From the NCBI GenBank assembly GCA_014859305.1, contig JACUUM010000001.1:25409-89408 (forward strand): a stretch of 64,000 bases of DNA, written 5' to 3'. This DNA is from Coriobacteriia bacterium (GTDB lineage: Bacteria; Actinomycetota; Coriobacteriia; Anaerosomatales; Kmv31). Below the pieces are notes generated by a model, which was given only the letters and a program-made list of their open reading frames with translations, was not told where the DNA came from and did no database searches. A program made the translations under genes and the position numbers. Shown in pieces: positions 56,104 through 64,000 of this stretch (position 1 is its first letter; each line of letters starts with the position of its first letter).

Positions 56104-59100
56104 GCGCCGCCGAGGACCGTCGCCTCTCAGTGACCCGGCCGTCCGTCCCACCCGTGACGTGGGCTGCGGCGGCCCTGTGGTGCGGCTGCGTGTTGGGGGA
56201 GGACGTCGCCTGGAGGGTGTGGCAGGGGAGCTGGGCGCCGGGCGCCCAGTGGGCGGCGGTGGCGGGAGCCGCCGCGGTGGCAGGCGTCTCGGTCGCTCTC
56301 TCGGCCGGGGCGAGGCGGAGACGCGGGGCCGCCTTGCGAGCCGTGCTGGGAACGGGGCTGGCGCTGGGCGTGTTCGTCTCGGTGACGTCGGGTGCGGCGT
56401 GGCGGCACAAGGCCGAGGCGTGCCGGGGCGCCGGGGCCGCGGATTGGGCCGCGGTGGTGGTCTCCGACCCGAGACCCGGGCGGTTCGGCAGCTCCGTCGC
56501 GTGCCGTCTCGAGGGCCCGCCAGCCCGCGGGGCGCTCGTGTCGGTGCGGCTCCCCGAGGGGGTCGAGCCGCAGATGGGGGAGCGGCTCCGCTTCGCGGCG
56601 ACGCTGCGGCCGCCCGAGCCGGCGGAGGAGTGGGCGCGCCGCTCGGCGCGGCGCGGCGAAGCGGCGTCGGGCAACGCGTGGCGGGCGGAGCGGTCCGGCT
56701 GGGCGCCGGGGTGGCGCGGTCTGCTGTACCGCTGGAGGGCGCGCGTGGCCGCGGAGCTGTCGGTCTCCACGAAGGGGCCGGCCGGTGACCTCATGGCCGG
56801 CGTGCTGCTGGGCGACAGGAGGCGCGTGAGCGGCACGCCGCTCGAACGCGACTTCCGCACGCTCGGCCTGTCGCACCTGCTCGCGGTCTCGGGCAACCAC
56901 CTGGGCGTCGTGTGCGCGGTGTCGGTCTGGGTGGTCTCCCGCATCCGCGCCCCCCGCGCGGTTCGCGTAGCCCTCACGGTGGCCGCGGGCGCCGCCTTCG
57001 CCGCGGTGACCGGGTTCCAGATGTCGGCGCTGCGGGCGCTCGGGATGGTCACGGTCGCGGCCGCCGTGTCGGTGCTGCACCGACGAGGAGATCCTCTCGC
57101 CTCCCTGGCGCTCGCCGCGTCCGCGATGGCGCTGGCCGTCCCCTGGTCGGTGTTCGGCGTCGGCCTGCAGCTCTCGGTCCTCGCGGTCGCGGGGCTGGCG
57201 GTCTTCGGCGATCTCGCGGGGGAGTGGGTGTCACTCGCGCTCGGCGGGCGGCTGCGGCGGGTGTCCTCGGCCATGGGCATGACGCTGGCGTGCCAGGCGG
57301 CGACGGCGCCCGTGGCCGTGCCCGCGTTCAACATGTTCTCGCTGGCCGCGCCCCTGGCCAACGCGCTGGTCGTGCCCCTGGTCGCCATCGCGCTCCCCGT
57401 CGCGCTCTGCGGCGCCGCGGTCCTGCCGCTCGCGCGCGGGCCTGCCGTCGTCGCGATCGGGCTCGCGGCGCTGCCGTTGCGGCTGGCCGCCGTCGCCGCG
57501 GGCGCGCTGGCACGCCTGCCGGGTGCGGCCGTCCCTCTCTCGGGCGCGGCGGGGGTGCTCGGGGCGGTCACGTTCGCGGTCCTGGCCGGCGTGTGGGTGA
57601 CGTGGCCCCGTCCGTCGCGTCCCTCGCATGCGCGCTTCGTCGCGCTGGGGGCGCTGCTCGCCATGGGGCTGGTAGCCGTCGGCCCGCATGCGGGAGGAGC
57701 GCGCGTCGTCGTGATGGACGTGGGGCAGGGTGACGCCGTCCTCGTGCGGGACGGCGGGGCCGCGATGCTCGTGGACGCGGGCCCGGATGCAGCGGGCATC
57801 AGGAGCGCACTGGCCCGCCAGGGCGTGCGGAGGCTGGATTCGGTCGTGCTGACGCACGACCACGACGATCACACCGGCGGGCTGGAGGGCCTCGCCGGCC
57901 TCGTGCGGATCGGCTGGGTCGGGGTCCCCGGCGTGCCGGAGGCGTCCTTCGCCGAGGAGCGCCCCGTCGCGCGCGCGATGGGTGTGGGGGAGTGGCGGGA
58001 GTTGGGCGCGGGCGCGCGGTGGAAGGTCGGGACGCTGGAGGTGCGGGTGCTGTGGCCGCCGGCCGGAGAGGAGGGGCTCTCCACCAACGACACGAGCGCG
58101 ATCCTCGGGGTGAGCGCCGGAGACACCCACGTCGTGCTCACCGGTGACGCCGAGGGCCTGCCGCAGACGCGACTGGAGGCGGACGGAGCCCTGCTCCCCG
58201 TGGAGGTGCTCAAGGTGCCGCACCACGGCAGCGTCAACGGCCTCGACCGGACGGGTCTGCGGGCGTGGAGGCCGCAGGTCGCCGTCGTCAGCGTGGGAGA
58301 GGGCAACTCGTTCGGTCATCCGGCGCCCTCCACTCTGGCGATGCTCCGGAACGCCGGAGCGGCGATCTACCGCACGGACCGCGACGGCGACGTGACGGTG
58401 CGCTTCGGCCGCGCGGGGTTCCGGGTCGAGACGCAGGGCGCAGGGTCATCACGGCGGTCCCCGGGCGTCTCGCGGCACGCTGACGGGTGTGCGAGAATCC
58501 GGGGGGTGTCGCTGCCCGAGGGGGCGATCCGTACCCGTTGCGACTCACGAGGGGCCTTTCGTGTCGGACCTGGGCGACCTCAAGCCGGTGTACCTCATCC
58601 ACGGCTCCGAGGAGCTGCTGCTGGAGCGCGCTGTCGCGCGCCTCCGCGAGAGGCTCGCCAGGGTGGCCGACCTCGACTTCAACTTCGACCACTTCGACGG
58701 CGCTCAGGCGAGCGCGGACGAGATCGTAGCCGCGGCGAACACGCTGCCGTTCATGTCGGAGCGGCGGCTCGTGGTCGTGCGCGACGTGGACAAGATGCCC
58801 GCCGAGGAGCAGCAGCGGCTGGCCGAGTACGTGAAGGATCCGGCCGAGCACACATGTCTCGTGCTCGTCGGGGTGAAGCTGGCGAAGAACTCGCGGCTCT
58901 ACAAGGCCGTGGCGGCGCTCGGTGGCGTATCCGAGTACGCCGCCCCAAAGAGGTCCGAGTACCCGGCCAAGGTCGTCGGACTCTTCGAGGAGAAGGGCCG
59001 GGAGGTGGGGATCGACGCCGCCGAGACACTCGTGGAGGCGGTGGGGCGGGATCTGCGGCGCCTCGCGACCGAGATCGACAAGATAGTCGCGTTCGCCGGC

Positions 59101-59408
59101 GAGACGACGACGCTCACGCGGCAGGACGTGGAAGCGGTCCTGTCCACCGTCGCCCCGGCGTCGATCTTCGACTTCCTGGAGGCGATGGGGATGCGAGACG
59201 CGCGGCGGGCCATGCGCCTGCTCTCGGACCTGCTCGCGCAAGGGGAGGCGCTCCTCGGCGTGCATGCCATGGCGGTGCGGCACGTGAGGCAGCTGGCCTC
59301 CGTGCGTGCGCTGACGGACCGGGGGCTCTCGTGCGGGGAGGTCGCCGGAGCGATGGGGCTGGCCGACTGGCAGGTGCGCAAGCTGGCGCCCCAGGCGGCG
59401 CGGCATGA
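56100..59408 (+). CDS. comEC: ComEC/Rec2 DNA internalisation channel with metallo-beta-lactamase domain; the frame lacks a stop at the expected end (~58440) and runs on over holA
   Basis: The ATG overlaps the comEA stop. It has a polytopic competence domain (GLSHLLAVSGNHLG) and an MBL domain (VVMDVGQGDAVLV, LTHDHDDHTGG, VPHHGS). Homology-like sequence ends at ...DGDVTVRFGRAGFRVETQG (~58440). The remaining ~320 codons are Arg/Gly-rich and out of frame with holA. Confidence 0.75.
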   Translation: MSAAEDRRLSVTRPSVPPVTWAAAALWCGCVLGEDVAWRVWQGSWAPGAQWAAVAGAAAVAGVSVALSAGARRRRGAALRAVLGTGLALGVFVSVTSGAAWRHKAEACRGAGAADWAAVVVSDPRPGRFGSSVACRLEGPPARGALVSVRLPEGVEPQMGERLRFAATLRPPEPAEEWARRSARRGEAASGNAWRAERSGWAPGWRGLLYRWRARVAAELSVSTKGPAGDLMAGVLLGDRRRVSGTPLERDFRTLGLSHLLAVSGNHLGVVCAVSVWVVSRIRAPRAVRVALTVAAGAAFAAVTGFQMSALRALGMVTVAAAVSVLHRRGDPLASLALAASAMALAVPWSVFGVGLQLSVLAVAGLAVFGDLAGEWVSLALGGRLRRVSSAMGMTLACQAATAPVAVPAFNMFSLAAPLANALVVPLVAIALPVALCGAAVLPLARGPAVVAIGLAALPLRLAAVAAGALARLPGAAVPLSGAAGVLGAVTFAVLAGVWVTWPRPSRPSHARFVALGALLAMGLVAVGPHAGGARVVVMDVGQGDAVLVRDGGAAMLVDAGPDAAGIRSALARQGVRRLDSVVLTHDHDDHTGGLEGLAGLVRIGWVGVPGVPEASFAEERPVARAMGVGEWRELGAGARWKVGTLEVRVLWPPAGEEGLSTNDTSAILGVSAGDTHVVLTGDAEGLPQTRLEADGALLPVEVLKVPHHGSVNGLDRTGLRAWRPQVAVVSVGEGNSFGHPAPSTLAMLRNAGAAIYRTDRDGDVTVRFGRAGFRVETQGAGSSRRSPGVSRHADGCARIRGVSLPEGAIRTRCDSRGAFRVGPGRPQAGVPHPRLRGAAAGARCRAPPREARQGGRPRLQLRPLRRRSGERGRDRSRGEHAAVHVGAAARGRARRGQDARRGAAAAGRVREGSGRAHMSRARRGEAGEELAALQGRGGARWRIRVRRPKEVRVPGQGRRTLRGEGPGGGDRRRRDTRGGGGAGSAAPRDRDRQDSRVRRRDDDAHAAGRGSGPVHRRPGVDLRLPGGDGDARRAAGHAPALGPARARGGAPRRACHGGAAREAAGLRACADGPGALVRGGRRSDGAGRLAGAQAGAPGGAA

Positions 59409-59532
59409 TCAGGCGGGGTCCTCCGGCGCCCTGCGCTCGGCCGCCGCTGCGGAGGCGGAGATGAAGACGAACCGGGATGCCCGGCTCGCCTTCGAACGGT
59501 GGGTGCTGGAGGTCTGCGGCGAGTCGACCTAG
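58561..59532 (+). CDS. holA: DNA polymerase III delta subunit
   Basis: The GTG at 58561 follows [24 protein letters not shown]...FNFDHFDG...[18 protein letters not shown] is typical of the HolA N-terminus. It sits in the canonical position after comEC. Confidence 0.85.
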   Translation: MSDLGDLKPVYLIHGSEELLLERAVARLRERLARVADLDFNFDHFDGAQASADEIVAAANTLPFMSERRLVVVRDVDKMPAEEQQRLAEYVKDPAEHTCLVLVGVKLAKNSRLYKAVAALGGVSEYAAPKRSEYPAKVVGLFEEKGREVGIDAAETLVEAVGRDLRRLATEIDKIVAFAGETTTLTRQDVEAVLSTVAPASIFDFLEAMGMRDARRAMRLLSDLLAQGEALLGVHAMAVRHVRQLASVRALTDRGLSCGEVAGAMGLADWQVRKLAPQAARHDQAGSSGALRSAAAAEAEMKTNRDARLAFERWVLEVCGEST

Positions 59533-59795
59533 CCCTCCATCGCGTTGACGCGCTTCATCACGCCGCGCTTGCGATTGGCGGCCTGGTTGGCGTGCAGCAC
59601 GCCCTTGGACGCTGCCTTGTCCAGCATCCTGGACGCGGCCTGCGCCCGGTCGAGCGCGCCGGCCTTGTCGCCGGCCTCCACGGCCTCGGTGGCGCGGCGG
59701 ATCGCCGTCTTGACGGAAGACCGCACCGCCTTGTTGCGCTGGTGGCGCTTCTCGTTCGTGATGTTGCGCTTCTTCTGGCTCTTGATGTTGGCCAA
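59529..59795 (-). CDS. rpsT: Ribosomal protein S20
   Basis: [23 protein letters not shown]... is canonical S20, with a TTG start. Its stop overlaps the holA stop within CTAG. Confidence 0.95.
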   Translation of the reverse strand: MANIKSQKKRNITNEKRHQRNKAVRSSVKTAIRRATEAVEAGDKAGALDRAQAASRMLDKAASKGVLHANQAANRKRGVMKRVNAMEG

Positions 59796-59868
59796 GTCCT
59801 CGGTTCCCTTCGGCTCACCGGCCCGTGTCCGTTTCCGCGCAGCGGGGTGGTGGCGGACGAACCTGTGA

Positions 59869-59877
59869 AGTCTAGCA
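59869..59877 (-). promoter_or_regulatory. Extended -10 promoter candidate (TGC-TAGACT) for rpsT
   Basis: The reverse strand reads gtgTGCTAGACTtc. This is the same 9-mer as the lepA promoter on the other strand. Confidence 0.4.
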
Positions 59878-59911
59878 CACGCCTCCGCGCGTTTCCAAGA
59901 CCCGATACCCT

Positions 59912-59939
59912 TTGTGAGCGGCGTGGGGCTTGCTAGACT
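59912..59939 (+). promoter_or_regulatory. Promoter candidate for lepA, probably giving a leaderless mRNA
   Basis: TTGTGA (59912-59917), 16 nt spacer, TGC-TAGACT (59931-59939). The ATG at 59948 begins 8 nt after the -10. No Shine-Dalgarno sequence lies between them. Confidence 0.4.
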
Positions 59940-59947
59940 GAACCGCC

Positions 59948-61753
59948 ATGACCCGGCCTTCAGACATACGCAACTTCTCGATCATCGCGCACATCGACCA
60001 CGGGAAATCCACCCTGGCCGACCGCATGCTCGAGCTCACCCACACCGTGGAGGGGCGCGACATGGTCGAGCAGGTGCTGGACTCGATGGACATCGAGCGC
60101 GAGCGCGGCATCACGATCAAGGCGCAAGCCGTCCGGCTCATGTACGACGCCGACGACGGCCGTACCTACCAGCTCAACCTGATCGACACGCCGGGCCACG
60201 TCGACTTCACCTACGAGGTCTCGCGCTCGCTCGCAGCCTGCGAGGGCGTGCTGCTCGTCGTGGACGCGGCACAGGGCGTGGAGGCCCAGACGGTGGCCAA
60301 CGCTCTCATGGCCATGAACGCGCACCTCGAGATCATCCCGGTCATCAACAAGATCGACCTGCCGGCGGCCGACCCCGAGCGCGTGCGTCACGAGATCGAG
60401 GAGGCGCTCGCGGTGCCCGCGGAGGACGCCGTGCTGGCCAGCGGCAAGACCGGCGAGGGCGTCCGGGAGGCGTTGGAGGCCGTCATCGCGCGCGTCCCTG
60501 CTCCGGCCGGTGATCCGGATACTCCTCTCAAAGCGCTCATCTTCGACAGCTACTTCGACGCCTACCGGGGCGTAGTCGCGCTGGTCCGCGTGGTGGACGG
60601 CACGATCGGCAAGGGCGCCAAGGTGCGCATGATGGCCACCGGCGAGACCACAGAGGTGGAGGAGGTCGGCGTCCGCCGTCCGGCGAACGTGCCGGTCGGG
60701 GCGCTCGGCGTGGGCGAGGTGGGCTACGTCATCATGGGCCTGAAGGACCCGGCCCTCGTCAAGGTGGGCGACACGCTGACGCTGGCCAGACACGGAGCGA
60801 CCGAGGCCCTGCGCGGTTACCGGGACGTGAAGCCGATGGTCTACACCGGGCTCTTCCCGATCGACGGCGACCAGTACCCCGAGCTCCGCGACGCGCTGGA
60901 CAAGCTGAAGCTGAACGACCCGGCGCTTCTCTACGAGCCCGAATCCAGTCACGCGCTGGGCTTCGGCTTCCGCGTCGGCTTCCTCGGCCTGCTGCACATG
61001 GAGGTCGTCAAGGAACGCCTGGAGCGCGAGTTCGACCTCGATCTGCTGGCGACCGCTCCGAGCGTGGAATACCACGCGTTCCGCACCGACGGGGAGATGG
61101 TGGAGGTCCATTCCCCCCAGGACATGCCCGAACCGGGACGCCTGGAGCGGGTGGAGGAGCCGTACTTGAACGCCACGATCCTCGTGCCGCCGAAGTACGT
61201 CGGCGCGGTGATGGAGCTGGCCGAGGGCCGGCGGGCGGGCTTCAAGGACATGCAGTACCTCTCGGCGACGACGGTCGAGATGCACTACGAGATCCCGCTC
61301 TCCGAGCTCATCATGGACTTCTTCGACCAGCTCAAGAGCCGCACCCGCGGCTACGCGTCGCTCGACTACGAGTACGTCGGCTATCGGGAGAGCAACCTGG
61401 TCAAGCTCGACATCCTGCTCGCAGGCAAGGCCGTGGACGCTCTGTCCTTCATCGTGCACAGGGACAAGGCCTACGCGCGGGGCCGCGTGCTCACCGAGAA
61501 GTTGCGCGAGATCATCCCGCGGCAGATGTTCGAGGTGCCCATCCAGGCGGCGATCGGATCCAAGATCATCTCGCGCGAGACGGTGCGCGCGAAGCGCAAG
61601 GACGTGCTCGCGAAATGCTACGGCGGCGACATCACCCGCAAGCGCAAGCTGCTCGAGAAGCAGAAGGCCGGGAAGAGGCGGATGAAGAACGTCGGCAACG
61701 TCGAGGTCCCCCAGGACGCCTTCATGGCGATCCTGAAGGTCGACGAGGGGTAG
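59948..61753 (+). CDS. lepA: Elongation factor 4 (LepA)
   Basis: [28 protein letters not shown] and NKID are present. The LepA-specific C-terminal domain ends ...[15 protein letters not shown]. Confidence 0.95.
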   Translation: MTRPSDIRNFSIIAHIDHGKSTLADRMLELTHTVEGRDMVEQVLDSMDIERERGITIKAQAVRLMYDADDGRTYQLNLIDTPGHVDFTYEVSRSLAACEGVLLVVDAAQGVEAQTVANALMAMNAHLEIIPVINKIDLPAADPERVRHEIEEALAVPAEDAVLASGKTGEGVREALEAVIARVPAPAGDPDTPLKALIFDSYFDAYRGVVALVRVVDGTIGKGAKVRMMATGETTEVEEVGVRRPANVPVGALGVGEVGYVIMGLKDPALVKVGDTLTLARHGATEALRGYRDVKPMVYTGLFPIDGDQYPELRDALDKLKLNDPALLYEPESSHALGFGFRVGFLGLLHMEVVKERLEREFDLDLLATAPSVEYHAFRTDGEMVEVHSPQDMPEPGRLERVEEPYLNATILVPPKYVGAVMELAEGRRAGFKDMQYLSATTVEMHYEIPLSELIMDFFDQLKSRTRGYASLDYEYVGYRESNLVKLDILLAGKAVDALSFIVHRDKAYARGRVLTEKLREIIPRQMFEVPIQAAIGSKIISRETVRAKRKDVLAKCYGGDITRKRKLLEKQKAGKRRMKNVGNVEVPQDAFMAILKVDEG

Positions 61754-61759
61754 GCGCGT

Positions 61760-63118
61760 GTGAGCGCGGAGGAGTCCCGGCGATCACGCGATCCCTTCGG
61801 GGCCGTCGGCTCCGCCGGCGGCGTCTCGCTCTACGTCCACGTCCCGTTCTGCGCGAGCAGGTGCGCCTACTGCGACTTCTTCTCGATCCCGCTGCCCGGG
61901 CGGCCGCCTGGCCAGGGGCCCCGGCCGGCGGGCGCCGACGGGATGCTCGCGGACCCTGTCGGCGAGTTCCTCGCGGCATCGCGGATGGACGGCTTCCTGG
62001 GGGAGGTCCTCCAGGACGTCCCGACGCTCTACGTCGGCGGCGGGACGCCGACCGTTCTGGGCGAACGGCTGGTCGAGCTGCTCTCCGAGACGTGCGCGCA
62101 CGTCGGGCTGCGGCCCGGGGCCGAGATCACGGTGGAGGCCAACCCCGACTCGCTGACCCCCGCGCTCGCCGAAGCGCTCGCGGCGGCCGGGGTGAGCCGC
62201 GTCAGCCTGGGCGTGCAGTCCTTCGACGACGACGTCCTCGCAGCGCTGGGGCGACGCCACGACGCGCGGCGTGCCGAGGAGGCGGCGGCGGCGGTGGCCG
62301 GGTCGGGCCTGCGGCTGTCGGTGGACCTGATGTGCGGCGTGCCGCGACAGTCGGCGTCCGGCTGGCGCGAGTCGCTGGAGCGGGCGCTGGACAGCGGCGC
62401 GGGCCACGTGAGCGTGTACCCGCTCTCGGTCGAGCCGGGGAGCGCGCTGGCCGAGTCGGTACGCCGCGGCGAGCTCCGCGAGCCGGACCAGGACTCCACG
62501 GCCGGGATGATGCTGGCGGCCGAGGAGGTCCTCGGCGAGGGGGGGCTCGTCCGGTACGAGGTCGCGAACTACTCCCTGCCGGGCGAGGAGTCGCGACACA
62601 ACCTGCGTTACTGGACCGGAGGCGAGTACGCCGGGGTCGGGCCTCGCGCGCACAGCATGATGTCGCCGGCGACGCTCGCGCGGGTCGGCGTGCTCGGCGA
62701 GCTCGCGCTGGAGCGGCTCGGCGTGGACGCGGACGACGGGGGGCGCGTCCGGCTCATGGCCGACGCGTCGCTGGAGGAGTTCGTGCGCGAGCGGTGGGAC
62801 GGACGGCCCGCCGAGGTGGAGTACCTCGCGCCGGGCGACGCCGCGCGCGAGGACGTCATGCTGGGGCTGCGGCTGGCGGAAGGCGTCACCGACGCCCTGG
62901 TCGAGCTCGCCGGCGCGGACGTGCGCGCGGCTCTGGAGCGGCTCGAGGCGGCGGGCCTGGTCGAACGGTGGGCGAGCGAGGCCGGCGCTCCGGCGTCCGA
63001 CGCGCAGCGGACGGAGCCGCCCGGCACGAAGAGGGCCTCCCGCTGGCGGACCACGCGTCGGGGCTGGCTGCTGGGCAACGAGGTCTTCGGCGCCGTCTGG
63101 AACGCGCGGGGAGCGTAG
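61760..63118 (+). CDS. hemW: Radical SAM haem chaperone HemW (HemN-like, oxygen-independent coproporphyrinogen oxidase family)
   Basis: LYVHVPFCASRCAYCDF is the CxxxCxxC motif. GGGTPT is present, followed by a HemN_C-like tail. It sits in the canonical position between lepA and hrcA. Confidence 0.9.
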   Translation: MSAEESRRSRDPFGAVGSAGGVSLYVHVPFCASRCAYCDFFSIPLPGRPPGQGPRPAGADGMLADPVGEFLAASRMDGFLGEVLQDVPTLYVGGGTPTVLGERLVELLSETCAHVGLRPGAEITVEANPDSLTPALAEALAAAGVSRVSLGVQSFDDDVLAALGRRHDARRAEEAAAAVAGSGLRLSVDLMCGVPRQSASGWRESLERALDSGAGHVSVYPLSVEPGSALAESVRRGELREPDQDSTAGMMLAAEEVLGEGGLVRYEVANYSLPGEESRHNLRYWTGGEYAGVGPRAHSMMSPATLARVGVLGELALERLGVDADDGGRVRLMADASLEEFVRERWDGRPAEVEYLAPGDAAREDVMLGLRLAEGVTDALVELAGADVRAALERLEAAGLVERWASEAGAPASDAQRTEPPGTKRASRWRTTRRGWLLGNEVFGAVWNARGA

Positions 63119-63157
63119 AGGACGGCTCTCCTCGGGTACCTACCTTCACCTGAGACC

Positions 63158-63184
63158 CTGGCACTCGCTATACTCGAGTGCCAA
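63158..63184. promoter_or_regulatory. CIRCE operator (HrcA binding site) overlapping the hrcA promoter
   Basis: CTGGCACTC-N9-GAGTGCCAA versus the consensus TTAGCACTC-N9-GAGTGCTAA. The spacer contains TATACT (63169-63174), with TTCACC 18 nt upstream (63145-63150). Confidence 0.8.
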
Positions 63185-63202
63185 CAGGAGGTCTTGCCGC
63201 TG

Positions 63203-64000
63203 ATGCTGAACGAACGAAGGCGGATCGTGCTCTCCGCCCTGGTGAGCGAGTACATCCGCAGCGCCCAGCCCGTCGGGTCGAAGCACCTCGTCGACGCGTA
63301 TCGGCTCGACTGCAGTCCCGCCACCGTGCGCAACGAGCTGGCGGCGCTGGAGGACGCCGGGCACGTGTACCAGCCGCACGTCTCCGCCGGACGCGTGCCG
63401 ACCGACTCCGGCTACCGCGTGTACGTGGACGGGGTCGCTCCGTCGCCCGAGGGCCTGACCGGCGAGGAGGCCGAGAGCGTCCGAGCGCACTACCACAGGC
63501 TCGCCGACGAGATCGACGACGTGGTTCGCGAGACGAGTGCGCTGCTCACGCGCCTGACCGACTACGCCGCGGTCGTGGTCGCGCCCGGGTTCCGCGGGGC
63601 GACGATCCGTCGCGTCGACGTGGTGGCGCTGTCGGCCGCGCGCGCCCTGGTGGTGGTCATCACGGACGCGGGGCAGGTCGGGAACCGGCACGTCGACCTC
63701 GGCGAGGAGACCGTCGCGGCCGAGCTCAGCGTTCTCGAGAGGCTCTTGAACGAGGCGCTCGAGGGGTTCCGTGCCTCCGACGACCTCCCCGGTCTCAGCC
63801 CCGCGCTGGCCGAGGGGGTGGGTGCGCGGCTGCTGGAGGCGGTGCGAGACTGTCTGGTGGAGCAGGACCGTGCCCGCTTGAGGCACGCGGGGACGTCGGC
63901 GCTGCTTGGCCAGCCGGAGTTCGCCGACGCCTCGGCGGTCCGTCCCCTCATCGAGACCATAGAGGACGGGCTGGCGATGCTGAAGGTGCTCTCCGGCGCG
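63203..64000 (+). CDS. hrcA: Heat-inducible transcription repressor HrcA (5' part; continues right of window)
   Basis: The ATG at 63203 follows CAGGAGG. The translation MLNERRRIVLSALVSEYIRSAQPVGSKHLVDAYRLDCSPATVRNELAALEDAGHVYQPHVSAGRVPTDSGYRVYVD is the canonical HrcA winged-helix N-terminus. It is not in the ORF track because no stop lies within the window. Confidence 0.9.
   Translation, partial: MLNERRRIVLSALVSEYIRSAQPVGSKHLVDAYRLDCSPATVRNELAALEDAGHVYQPHVSAGRVPTDSGYRVYVDGVAPSPEGLTGEEAESVRAHYHRLADEIDDVVRETSALLTRLTDYAAVVVAPGFRGATIRRVDVVALSAARALVVVITDAGQVGNRHVDLGEETVAAELSVLERLLNEALEGFRASDDLPGLSPALAEGVGARLLEAVRDCLVEQDRARLRHAGTSALLGQPEFADASAVRPLIETIEDGLAMLKVLSGA

Noticed and set aside
58265-58483. 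72-aa ORF in the third frame at the comEC/holA junction
   Set aside because: Its composition is Arg/Gly-rich junk. It matters only because its TGA (58481-58483) is the stop comEC would reach after a 1-nt frameshift.
59529-59532. holA and rpsT stop codons overlapping in the palindrome CTAG
   Set aside because: This is real but trivial: convergent genes share 4 nt. There is no room for a terminator and no further biological signal is evident.

Overview
This is a very GC-rich (about 70% by eye) bacterial chromosome window. Nearly all of it is tightly packed, mostly plus-strand housekeeping genes. I support about 55 protein genes and 2 tRNAs (Arg-CCG, Ala-GGC). I saw no rRNA, CRISPR array, transposase or integrase. 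The gene order is typical of a monoderm (single-membrane) bacterium: mreBCD-mrdA-rodA; radical-SAM pair-rng-rplU-rpmA-obg-proBA-nadD-yqeK-LCP-rsfS; comEA-comEC-holA / rpsT / lepA-hemW-hrcA with a CIRCE operator. A complete rnfCDGEAB operon suggests an anaerobic lifestyle. I infer a high-GC monoderm anaerobe, perhaps an Actinomycetota lineage; this is not proven. The clear outlier is a single ~6.9 kb gene (45649..52569) between tRNA-Ala and leuS. It encodes a ~2300-aa secreted protein with 15 canonical CxxCH haem-binding motifs in three clusters. These clusters are separated by FN3-like domains and two copies of a ~410-aa module I cannot assign to any family. Secondary items: (1) an OsmC / GT2 glycosyltransferase / BshB1-like deacetylase / BshC-like operon that looks like a non-canonical low-molecular-weight-thiol pathway; (2) a PilT ATPase fused to a degenerate receiver domain; (3) a Met-rich tail on a FAD/Fe-S oxidoreductase; (4) a comEC reading frame with no stop codon at its expected end, which overlaps holA; (5) a 59-aa ferredoxin missing from the ORF track. 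All function calls come from motif recognition by eye and no database search was run. Many long ORFs in the track are off-frame or antisense artefacts of the high GC content.
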